From positions 620,001 through 684,000 of the forward strand of contig NW_026250407.1 of NCBI RefSeq assembly GCF_024521635.1: 64,000 nt of DNA, in the 5' to 3' direction. A program made the position numbers and the translations under genes. This DNA comes from Tricharina praecox. Taxonomy: Eukaryota. Of this stretch, positions 1-10,401 are shown in pieces; positions within the stretch are counted from its first letter, which is position 1; every line of letters starts with the position of its first letter. The notes beneath the pieces are model-generated. The model ran no database searches, was not told where the DNA came from, and saw only the letters and a list, made by a program, of their open reading frames with translations.

Positions 1-812
1 TGGATCTTGCAGGAGGAAGCGGGAGAGAGGCACTGATTTTAAGTTGCGAAGATGATAGCGAAGAAAGTCCTCTCTTTCTCCAAACAAGCCGCTTCGGATT
101 CCCCAGAGAGGGACATCAATTCCACTGGCATCCCGTGCTCGCATCGAAATTACGTCCAGCCACAGTCCCTCCAGAGTCCAGTCCACCCCTCCGGAACGAA
201 TCCGTCCGTCTGTCCGCCCCAGTCCACCCAGTCACGCGTGCGCACGTTTCATCTCCACCCCGCGGCGGCAAACCACAGCGCAGCACAGCAGATCTCCCCA
301 ATCTCGAAAATAGTCACGCGTTTCATCGCTCCCTCTCTCCCTCTCTTTTCTTCACCTCCGGTAGTCGGTAGGGCGTGGCGACTAGATATCCCGCAGTATA
401 AAATTTGCAAGGAAGCTTCCCAAAATAGAGCTGCGATGAATTTGTGGAGTGGACAGTGCACACTGGACGCCCGAACCACTGCATATGCGCCCGCGACTAC
501 ATATGACCGGTAGTTCAGGCCACATACCTACGAAGTCTCCCTCTCTCTCTGGCTGCCTGAGAGCAGACCGAATGCGGGATGTGGACGACAATCTGCCCAT
601 TAGATTGGCCGCTCGTGCGGGTCGCATAAAGTGGTTCCTAAAACCAATCGACAAGCTTTTTCCTATTCGAGTTTTTACCCTCTTTTCCGCGCAACTATAC
701 AAGAGATAGACTTCATCCATGTAAATCCCGCGGTTTCTAGTGATTCTACAGAACGGACGTACGGACATCAATATACAAGTTACCGCAATGAGACGCAGCC
801 GGCCGCCGTACC

Positions 813-2404
813 TTACATGTACTTCTTCAGATCACGCAGCCTCTCCTTCGCAGCCTCTAGAACATCATCGTTCTTACACACCGCAAACCTGAGGTAGTTC
901 TCCGCCTCTTTCTCATGCTGTGGGGTATAGAACTCTGTTGGGGGGATGGCAGCAACGCCCAGCTCCTTGATCAGGAACCAGCACAGCTGGAAGTCCCTCG
1001 GTCGCTCGGCCACATGTGGTGGGAAGTCGTATCCTTCGGGAATCTTGACTTTGTTCAAGTTCACCAACCTGCATGGCATTTCCACGTCAGTGTCGTTTCA
1101 TGTGGGGATCGACGGGGCCACGTACACGAAGTAACCACCATCCGGCTCCGTGTATGGCACTCCGAGCTCATACCAGATCTCATTGAACCGATCCATCTTT
1201 GCCTTCATGTCCTTCTTCGACGTTTCCCAGAACCCCTCACTATCCGCCTCCTCAAGACCGATCGCCACTGCCTCCTGCAGTGGAGACACAGACGAGAAGC
1301 AGATACGTGTGTGCGCTGCACCGGCGTATTTGATCAGATGTGGCTTTCCGATCAACCAGCCCACGCGCCAGCCCGTGCAGTAGAAGTTCTTGCCCGCGGA
1401 GCCGACGGTGATGGTAAGGTTCTCGATCTCGGGGGAGAGCGTGGCGATCCGAGTGAACGGCGTGTAGAAGAGCCGGTCGTACACTTCATCGCTGAGGATT
1501 ATGATGTTGTGCTTTACGCAGAGCGCACCAATGCCCTCGAGCTCTGCGCGGCTGAAGACTTTGCCGATGGGGTTGTGTCTAGATACGTTAGTTTTATTTC
1601 CATTACGCGAAGTGAAGAGCTCACGGGGTGTTAAGAACAATCATCTTCGTCTTGGAGGTGATCTTCTCCTCGAGCTCCTTCAGATCAAGTCTCCATTCAC
1701 TGGCTGGACAAACCTCGGTGTCTCCCTTCTCCGGCGGATGCAACGAAACATAGACCACCTGCGTAGACACCTCTCAACAACTGTTCACATCACACGCTCA
1801 CACCACAGCGCGTTTACCTTCCCACCCGCCATGGCGATGTTGCTGATATACTGATCAAAATACGGCTCCATAACGATCACCTCATCTCCCGGCTCAATGA
1901 ACCCCATGAACGCGGACAACATCCCCTCGTTCGCCCCGGTGGTGACCACAATCTCGTCGACGGGGTTCAGCGTGCGGCCAAAGAACGGGGAATAGGAGTC
2001 CGAGATCGCCTGTCGCAAGCGCATCCGTCCCTGTGTCGGCGAGTACTGGTTGCACTCGACGCTCTCCAACGCCTTCTTGGCCGCATTGATCACGAATTCC
2101 GGTGGATTGTATCCCTAGTTACCGCACTCCGTCAGCCCCGCCCCGTCTCCCCTACAAAGGTATTATCGTCCCAACGTACGAAAAACCCCTGGCCGAGATT
2201 AACCACGGGCCTCTCCTTCGTCGCCGCGGCAGCCGCTTCGTTGACGATCGACCACACATCCTTCCTCTGGCCGTCGACGCGCGCTGCCGGCTTGATCTTG
2301 TGCGCCATTGGTGGTGTAGTAGACATCAGTCTTAGGATGATTCTGGGCGGAGGAGAGGTTCGTAGGAGCGGTTGACGGCAGAGGAAGCGGGTTACTATAC
2401 GCAT
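813..2404 (-). CDS. BNA3: PLP-dependent class I aminotransferase, kynurenine aminotransferase / glutamine transaminase K family; 5 exons (2404-2180, 2114-1818, 1758-1625, 1578-1126, 1068-813)
   Basis: Motifs VNLGQGFF, NQYSPTQG, TTGANEG, NTPHNP, SDEVY, SAGKNFYCTGWRVGW (PLP lysine), YLRFAVCK; four GT..AG introns join the ORF pieces in frame. Confidence 0.92.
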
Positions 2405-2773
2405 TGGCGGAGATAGTAGGTGGAGGTGGTGGAGTTGTGGACCGCGGCCCAGGCACGACTTGGATGGATGCGGGATGACTCCCACGGGGTTCGGCAGCGG
2501 GGATTTAAGGTTGCGATGCGGCCTTGGCGTATGACGCCATGAGTACGGCGGGTGATGCAACGTGATTCATTCCCGGTCGGGTCTGATGAAGTTCACGGTC
2601 CGGCAGAATGAGCAGGTCTTCAATTGAAACTTATCCATAAAACCGCAAATAAAAAATAAAAAAACTCTATGATGTTACCGGTACATGCAAGACGGGGTGG
2701 ATATCTGCCAAAAACACCAAAACACCAGTGGAAGAAGCTATGATCCCACAAATACAACCCTCAATAATGCACC

Positions 2774-4568
2774 TCAAAGCGGCCTGTAATCATCCTCCTC
2801 CTCGTCGTCGTCAAGATCTGGATCGACTCTTCTTCCCAGATCGATATTCTCCAGGAACTTCATTCCTTTGAGGTCTTCTGGTAGGTACTACTCGGCTATC
2901 AACGAAATGGACATCAAATATGGGGAGGAGGGCGATCTTACATCTTGCTTAACCTTTCCATCCCTGTAGTCTGGATTGTACTTATAACCAACGCCATAAT
3001 TCAACTCCTTCATGAGCTTCGTCGGCGCATTACGGAGATGTACTGGCACGGCCGCGCCAGCCACCACCGGGTCCTTCCCCACCACGTCCATAGCCTTCCC
3101 CAGGCCCCTATAAGCACGCGTCGACTTCTTCGCAAGGGCCAAAGCCACCGCACAATGCGCCAGGTTGATGCGAGCCTCTGGCAGGCCGACCTGCTGGACA
3201 GCCGTGAAGGCAGCCGTAGCGAGCGATAACATGGAGTTATCAGCCAGGCCAATATCCTCACTTGCGATAACCACCATCCGGCGAGCTATGAACAGCGGGT
3301 CTTCACCACCGTTAAGCATTCTCGCCAGCCAGAACAGCGCGGCGTCAGCATCGCTGCCGCGCACGCTCTTGTGGAAGGCGGATATAGTGTCGTAGTGCAT
3401 ATCCCCGCTGCGATCGTAGACGAGTGTCCATGTGAGACTCTTCTTAATATCATCTTTTGTTACGCCGGCATGAGTAGAGAGGTTCATGGCGAGCTCAAGA
3501 AGGTTGAGGGCCGTTCTTGCGTCGCCGTCGGCGAAACGGGCGAGGTACGCTATCATCTCTTTGTCTAGCGGAGGTGGTGTGATGGGGACGCCTTTGGGAT
3601 CCTTCGGGGATTCGGCGGTAAGAGCTCGCCTGACGATGCGTTCCATGTTGACTTGCGAAAGCTTGGTCAACGTGAATGTTCTACACCGCGAAAGCAGCGC
3701 GCTCTGAACTTTGAACGAGGGATTCTCGGTAGTAGCACCGATTCTGCACAGAATTTCCTCAGCATCAGCACCGCAATTCTCCAAAGCCATGCCAAAGGCC
3801 CATACGCACTCACAATGTAATCTCTCCCTTCTCCACCGGCCCCAAAAACACATCCTGCTGGCTCTTTGTAAACCGATGAATCTCATCGCAGAACAATATC
3901 GTCTTCCGTCCAGTAAGCAGCAACTCACTCTTCGCCTCAGCAAAGATCTTCTTGCATTCCTGGACGCCACTAGCCGTCGCCGAGATCTCTACGAAGCGCG
4001 AGGAGGAAGCATTGGCGATGACGCGTGCGATCGTAGTTTTCCCGCAGCCGGCAGATCCCCACAGGATCATGGAGGGTACGCGACCTTCCTCGATCAAGCC
4101 ACGGAGGACGCCTCCCTTTCCGACCAAGTCTTGTCCGCACACTTCGTCGAGAGATTGCGGACGCATCTTTTCAGCCAGTGGCATGGCATCGCGGAGGGTG
4201 ACGGTGGCTTTTTGCCGTTTTGTGGGCGGCGCGATGGTTTCATCGGTGGGGCTCGGGATGTGTTTGGAGTCGTGGTTGAACTGGCGTTTTTGAGGACCCG
4301 TGGTCGGATGTGCGGTTTGTTTTGCTGCCGGAGAAGGAGACACAGGGGGCGCTGTAGGTGCCTGACGCTTCGACGAAGGTGTGGAGAAGATACTGGCCAA
4401 CTTCTTCTGATGGTTTGCTTCTGGCGGTGGAGCTGAACATGAGCTAGAGCTTGAGGTGGCAACGTCGGTGGCGGGGGGAATAGCCTCAGTGCAGCCGGAG
4501 TCCAGGTGTTTGTTAATGGAGTGGATTGGAATTTCCTTTGCGCAGACGGGGCAGCTCACGAGCGACAT
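2774..4568 (-). CDS. MGS1: Mgs1/WRNIP1/RarA-family AAA+ ATPase with N-terminal UBZ zinc finger; 3 exons (4568-3814, 3743-2942, 2887-2774)
   Basis: CPVC..HLDSGC UBZ, PLAEKMRP, Walker A GSAGCGKTT, Walker B DEIHRF, IGATTENPSF, YDTISAFHKSVRGSD, SEDIGLA, VPVHLRNAPTKLMKELNYG. Confidence 0.95.
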
Positions 4569-4689
4569 GGCGATTTGACGGGGTGTTGCTTGATTGGTCA
4601 TGTATGGGAGGATGTGTGGTGAAAAGTCATCAAGGAACGCGGCAAAGAGAAGGGAAGGGATGAGACGAGATGGGAGAGTCGCGTAAATA

Positions 4690-5328
4690 TCAAAACGAAA
4701 CCTCTGCACAGATCTCCGTCGCGTAAATTGGGCAAGGAGCGCACGGGCCGCCCCCACCATCCCAATCCACGAACTCATCCATGGTGAACTCTCGGAACTC
4801 GTCCCTGGTGAACTCCTCACACAACTCCTCCGCAGTGCCAACAGCCTCCACCTTTTCCTCAGTATTCTCCTCCGTTCCATGATCATCGTCAATCTGTGCC
4901 GTCGTCGGAATGCTCTTCCGCCGCCGGTGCTCACAAACCACCCCATAATAAGCCCTCGGCGTAATCCCCACTTCCTTCTTGAACCTCCTTGAAAAATGCC
5001 ATTCCGTGACGCCCACCTTCGCCGCCAGAGTCTTTAGCGGGATCTCTTCCGAGCTCGCCTCAATGATCGTCTTTGCACGCTGCACCATGGCTTCGCCCTT
5101 TGGATGCCATCCTTCCACCTCCGGGTGGCACCGCTTACAAGCTTTGAAGCCTGCTGCTGCCGCTTCCAAGGGTGTGTCATAGAAGACGACGTTTGTGCGG
5201 CGAGCTAGACGTGCAGAACATGTGGGACGACAAAATATTTTTGTTGTTTTGACTGCGTAGACAAAGGCAGAGTGGTAGTTTGGATCTCGAGATTGGAGGA
5301 TCAGCCAGCGTAGACTGGAAGTCGGCAT
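4690..5328 (-). CDS. Ada-type Zn-binding (methylphosphotriester repair) domain + AraC-type HTH protein, intronless; start at 5328 inferred (frame open to 5460)
   Basis: AVKTTKIFCRPTCSAR...GFKACKRCHP matches N-Ada with four Cys ligands; LKTLAAKVGVTEWHFSRRFKKEVGITPRAY is an AraC HTH. Confidence 0.9.
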   Translation of the reverse strand: MPTSSLRWLILQSRDPNYHSAFVYAVKTTKIFCRPTCSARLARRTNVVFYDTPLEAAAAGFKACKRCHPEVEGWHPKGEAMVQRAKTIIEASSEEIPLKTLAAKVGVTEWHFSRRFKKEVGITPRAYYGVVCEHRRRKSIPTTAQIDDDHGTEENTEEKVEAVGTAEELCEEFTRDEFREFTMDEFVDWDGGGGPCAPCPIYATEICAEVSF

Positions 5329-5684
5329 GACAAGGTCGATGAGGGTGATAGAAATGGGAATGAAAGAAAGGTGTGGTACCATGATGTGGGGAAGGCGTAT
5401 AAATATGGAAGTGTGCACAGCTGATTGGTCACTTTGAGAGCAATGCGAACGAGATTTCATGATCGCAAGTGTGCTCTATTATAAGGCGCCAGTTTGTAGT
5501 AAGGAACAGGAAAAAGAAAAAGAAAAAAGGAAAACAGAAAACAGGAAAACAGGAAATTATCCAGTGAGACAGACAACTCCCTTCAAAAGGACCGAGACTC
5601 CTCGTCTCATTTATCGTACAACTTATATGCCAACGTCAGGCCGACACGAGGCACGGGGTCCCAGAGGAAATCTTGTTAAAAGAT

Positions 5685-7358
5685 TTAAAGCTCTTCGACG
5701 AGCTTCCTCTTGACCACACGCATGCTCTCGGTCTCCTGGCGTGGCTCGAACTGCTTGGATAGGGGGCCGGCCAACCAGCTTCCAGGCACCGCAAGGCGAA
5801 CGCCCGTCTTATTGCTGACCCAGCGGGTCATGACCGGTGGACGCTGCGGGCCATCTCCCATGAGGGAGTCAGCCTGGTCCGCGGGGGTAGCATCACCAGT
5901 GGCTCTGCCCTTGCCACGCATCTTGGGGGTCTGCTTCTTGAGAAGGCGGTTGATGGTGTCCATCTATTCAAGAATAGTGTTAGTCAATATTGAGAGGAAA
6001 GAAGAGAATTGTCACCTTCTCCTCCTCTAGTTTTTGATCGGTGAGGTTCTTGCGACGGCGAGCCATTTCAGCCCTTTTGAGCTCTTGCTCTTGGGCAGAG
6101 AGCGTCACCGCCTTGTTGGTGCCCGGCTTTTCTGTCCAGAAGTCAGCCGAGAAAGTCGAAGCAGATATCGGATTCATACCGAAAGCACTCGGGAGCTCTA
6201 GCAGATCTGCGGTGGTGATGTCACCCATTCTGGTGCGCTGACGGTTGGTCAAGCGGCTCATGTCCGGTGTACCAGTCCTGCTTAAAAAGTTTGGGGTGGT
6301 TCCATCGTCATCGGAATCCATGAGCTCATCGTCGGTCTCCCCTTCGGCATCCTCGTCCCCGAGCTCGTCGTCGATGTCTACCTCCTCGTCGTCCACCTTC
6401 ATGTCGTCGTCGTCGTCACCGTCATCGTCGTCGTCGTCGTCGTCAGATTCTTCTTGGATGACCTTTCTGCCACGGGGGGCGGTCGTCTTCGGTGCGACAC
6501 TTGGGGCTGACATTGCTGTAAAAGACCGAGCGCCGGTATCAGGAGGTGGGGTCCAAGTAGAAGTGACCTCCCGCAGACGATCCTTACCTATCTTCAACTT
6601 TGTAGCTGGGCCAGACCTACCCGTGGTAGCAGCGGGCTGTTTGCCTTTCGAGGTTCCCTGTTGCTGGTATGAGCTCCTGGTTCCAATTGCTGCCGAGGAT
6701 CGAGTCCTTGGGGGGAGCTGCCGAAGCCTCTGTGGTGGCGACATGGGATCGGATCGTGGACCTACTTTGGAAGGAGTTTTCTTGGTGACCTTGGTCGGAG
6801 CTTTGCCGCGAGTGCCACGGGTGACAGCGCGCTGAGCGACGCCTTTCGCAGATGGTCTCGTCTTCATGATGTCTGATTCGTCGTCCGAAACTAGGTCTTC
6901 GGAAATGTATCTGATGTTGAGAAGTAGGAGGAGCTTTAGTACGATTCGTAGCGAAGTGGTTGCAAGAATGGGATGGTTGCAAAAAGGAGGTGCTGCAAGA
7001 ATGTGGTTAAGAAAGCAAAAGAAGTGGAGGTGGTATGAGTGGGTTCCGCGGTGAGAGAGTGGAAGCTCAGGATAAATGAAAGCTTGGAATAAGTGGCAGC
7101 TTCAGTGGGGATAACGAACGATTCTTCGACTTCCCCGTCTGCAGTATCCGAGTCGCTAGTCGCCTCGTCCTCTTCTATGTCTTCCTCGTCTTCGTCACTT
7201 GAAGTATCGTCGTCTTCTTGCGCAGTGACCTCAGCGGGCGTCGTATCGATCTCGTCCTCAATATCACTGAGTTCTGAATCTGACTGCTCATCCTCGTCGT
7301 CGTCATACCTCCTTCGTTTAGCCGAGCTAGTTGGGGCTCTGGTTTGCTTTGGCGACAT
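5685..7358 (-). CDS. IES2: INO80 complex subunit Ies2/INO80B (PAPA-1 domain); exons 7358-7120, 6910-6180, 6131-6016, 5963-5685
   Basis: Acidic low-complexity N-terminus, then SRLTNRQR and KRAEMARRRKNLTDQKLEEEK|MDTINRLLKKQ...TRWVSNKTGVRLAVP; donor GTTCGT at 7119 and acceptor CAG at 6911 are phase compatible. Confidence 0.85.
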
Positions 7359-7866
7359 CTTGTTACGGTAATTCGGTTGCTAGATGTGTTTCTTGTTGGG
7401 CACGCGGTTGTTTGGGGAGTTGAACTGAGTCTCGCGTTGAGTTTAAGATGGACGCTAACACGAGTACGGAGGACGAAGATCCCTGCAGATGGATCTTGGC
7501 AAATGAATCATCCAGACTCACTCGGAAAAGCGCACGTGAAGAAATGCATCTACTGTGTTTTTTTGGCTCCTCCGCCGTGCCGGCAGGAGGAAATTGGTAT
7601 TGCGGTAGGAATAGCTGGTGACTTTAGGTAGAAGTAGAGACCTGTGCGTCTCGATCGCTGTCCTTATTCTTTATAGAGTAGTAAATATTCCCGCTCTCCA
7701 ACACAGCTGAAGTGTGGAAGTGAGCGCCAAGAAAGCGCGTGATTGTACCGGGGACCGAGGTCGAGCAGCAAGCAACAGCAACAAACAGCTCAGCAACGAA
7801 ACAACCGCGACAAACCTCCCAGCCATCTTCACCAACCACAAACCACCTACCTCACAACATAATACA

Positions 7867-9327
7867 ATGGCTGACGATAACAGCAAGCCAAATGCCGTCG
7901 AAGAAGAAGTAGTGGTACCACAGAAGACGGAGTCAGAACAACCAGAACAAGCGGAAGAGACAAAGTTAGAAGTGGCCGCTCCAGCAGTCGCGGACACTCA
8001 AGAAGTCACCACCCCCGAAGTTGCCAAAGTGGCAACACCTGAGCCAACGCCAGTAGCCGAAACAGTACCAGAAACTCCGGAAACTGCGGAGCCTAAGGAT
8101 GCAACAGCGCCAACAGGCGTTTCGAAGGTAGAGCTGCCTGCAGAGCTAAAGACAGTCCACTCGTCGCCGCCACCGCGCGACTCTCCGCTTCAACAGGAAG
8201 ACGACGCCCCCAAGGATCATCGTGAACGTGAGGAATTGCTCGATGATGCGATCACCTTCCTAGAAACCGGCAGCGTGCGCGACGCGCCGGTTAAGGAGAA
8301 GCAGGAGTTTCTGCAGGCAAAGGGGCTGACTGCCGCCGAGGCCCAGGACCTCATACTCAAGGTCCATGGAGCTGATGGAAATGGAAATGGGAATGGAAAG
8401 AGGAGGAGGAGATCGAAGGGCAAGGGGAAGACAGTAGTGAGCCAGAGTTCACAGGTAAGATTGCCCAAACCCGTATCTACAGGGCTGGTGATTGATTATA
8501 AAAGATTCAAGCACTTCCACCTCCCCCACCACCGCAGCAACAGCCAGTTCTTCAGATGCAGCCAACCCCTACAATCCTCACATATCCCGAATGGCTTGCG
8601 CCACCTCCGCCCGCAGGACCTCGTCCGCTGATGACTGGCGCAACACTCGTCAGCTCTCTATACCTCGGTGCTGCTACAGCGGCTACCGTCTACGGCGCGA
8701 ATAAGTTTGTCGTTCAGCCTATGCTCGACGCATTGACGGCGGCACGTCTCGACTTGTCGGGAACGGTCAAGAAGAACCTCGACGAGCTCAACACCCGACT
8801 TCTCGAACTCGCTCCCGCGTCTTACATCGCCGGTAAGGGTCTGACGCGTCCCCGCGACGAGAATGAGGACTCCGACGCATCGTCCGATATCTCGGATCCG
8901 AGTGAGCTCTTCCACGTCGATGCGTTTACCCAGACCAATGCATCACTGTCCGGGCACGACGACGACGAGGCGGGTGGTGGGGCCATGACTCCGGACTCCA
9001 AGCTTGAGGAGTTGACGTCGCAGATGAAGGTGCTTGTCGAGAGCCATTCTGACGGGACCGATAACGAGCTCACTTTCCTGCTGGAGGATCTGACGAGCTA
9101 CCTTGAGGGATTGACCTATGATTCGGCGGCGTCAAGCAACATCTTCGCCAGCAACTTCGGTGGATACGGCGGCAGCGACAAGGACAAGGATGACCCGATC
9201 TTGAAGGTCAAACAGGAGATCAGGAGCGTTAAGGGTGTGTTGTTGAACACGTAGGTTACCTCTCTTTGACCGGGCATATGGCACATGCTGACCGCACTAC
9301 AGGAAGAACTTCCCGGCGTCTAGGTAG
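7867..9327 (+). CDS. Pex14_N-domain peroxisomal docking protein, most like PEX14/17 (PEX33) of filamentous fungi; exons 7867-8454, 8505-9250, 9303-9327
   Basis: REELLDDAITFL...VRDAPVKEKQEFLQAKGLT (Pex14_N), hydrophobic segment followed by KFVVQPMLDALTAARLDL, C-terminal QEIRSVKGVLLNTKNFP. Confidence 0.75.
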
Positions 9328-10401
9328 GAAGTCCGGCACAGTGAATATACAAATACAGATAGCAGCGAGTTCGAATTCAAGCGTTATGATACCGTGGAGA
9401 GCTATGGTTCTTCAGTCTTTGGGGTTAATTTGTATTATATGGGGGAAATATGAGAGCGACGATTTTACAGAAATATGAGAGCGAGCCTGGCCATCCTTCA
9501 TGCGCGTGTATACCGGCAACATATGGACCAACCGTCTTTTAGCGGCAGGATCCACCGGTCCTTCGTTTCTCCGCTAGGACTGTTGATCCGCCTGTCGTGT
9601 GATGCCGAGATAACCATGATGAGGGTTCAAAACTGCTGAATCTGCCATAGTTATGACCCTCGGCGGGGAAGCTGCAGGCAGGGCCGAGGAGACCGCGGTA
9701 CTTCTCGCAAACTATCACCGTTTTGGGGTTAAGTCGGCAGCGGGGAGGTGGGATGTCGTCTGTAGACTAGCAGTTTGTCACCGATCTGTATGGGATCGAG
9801 CACACAGATCTAGGGAAGAATTAGGTAAAGAAACGTGTTCACGATGTTGGTCATTTGTGTTTGTTAAGATTTAGGCAAAAATGGAGCTGGGCCTGACGAA
9901 AAGCAGGTACTCCTGCTAGCAATCTACAACCTATATTTGACTTGACTGTGCTTCACAGAAGAAAAAAGATCTATGAAACAACTCGGAAAGAGGACGGCGA
10001 GGCGAGATGCAGGTCAGCTTGCCTTCAGGTCATGGACTTGGAGTTTTTTTTTTCTCGTTCACTCATGCAGCTCCGGAGACCTAACCCCACGAAACCATTT
10101 GTGTGTCTCTCCCGGTTCCGGTTCCAAACCCTTTCAGCCGCCACCCACTACTCTAGTTACCCCACGTACTCTAGGTAAACCCTAGTGCGCGTTTGATAGG
10201 AAAACACCCGGAAATTCAAAGTCATCCCGCCAAGGTAGACAGAAGCACCTTTCCCACTACCACAACTACAACAGAGAGTCACCTTTCTCATTACAACAGG
10301 CATCGCTATCTTCTTCTCCTTCCTCGTCTTCGTCCTCTTTCTTGCACACGCATTCAATCTTCTCTGTCTACGGTTCTCCAAGTTCCTCACAGCTAGCGAA
10401 A

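Noticed and set aside
2584..2632. CTGATGA...GAAAC hammerhead-ribozyme-like core
   Set aside because: Only a weak stem II; no compatible stem I/III or NUH cleavage site
3711..4436. Long antisense ORFs (also 915-1634, 23853-24848, 26239-26928, 31681-32574)
   Set aside because: Shadows of real genes on the opposite strand; no motifs
9445..9484. 15-bp direct repeat GAAATATGAGAGCGA after the peroxin gene
   Set aside because: Small local duplication, two copies only
9599..9640. ATGATGA...CTGA box C/D-like words
   Set aside because: Too close together for a snoRNA and no terminal stem or recognisable guide
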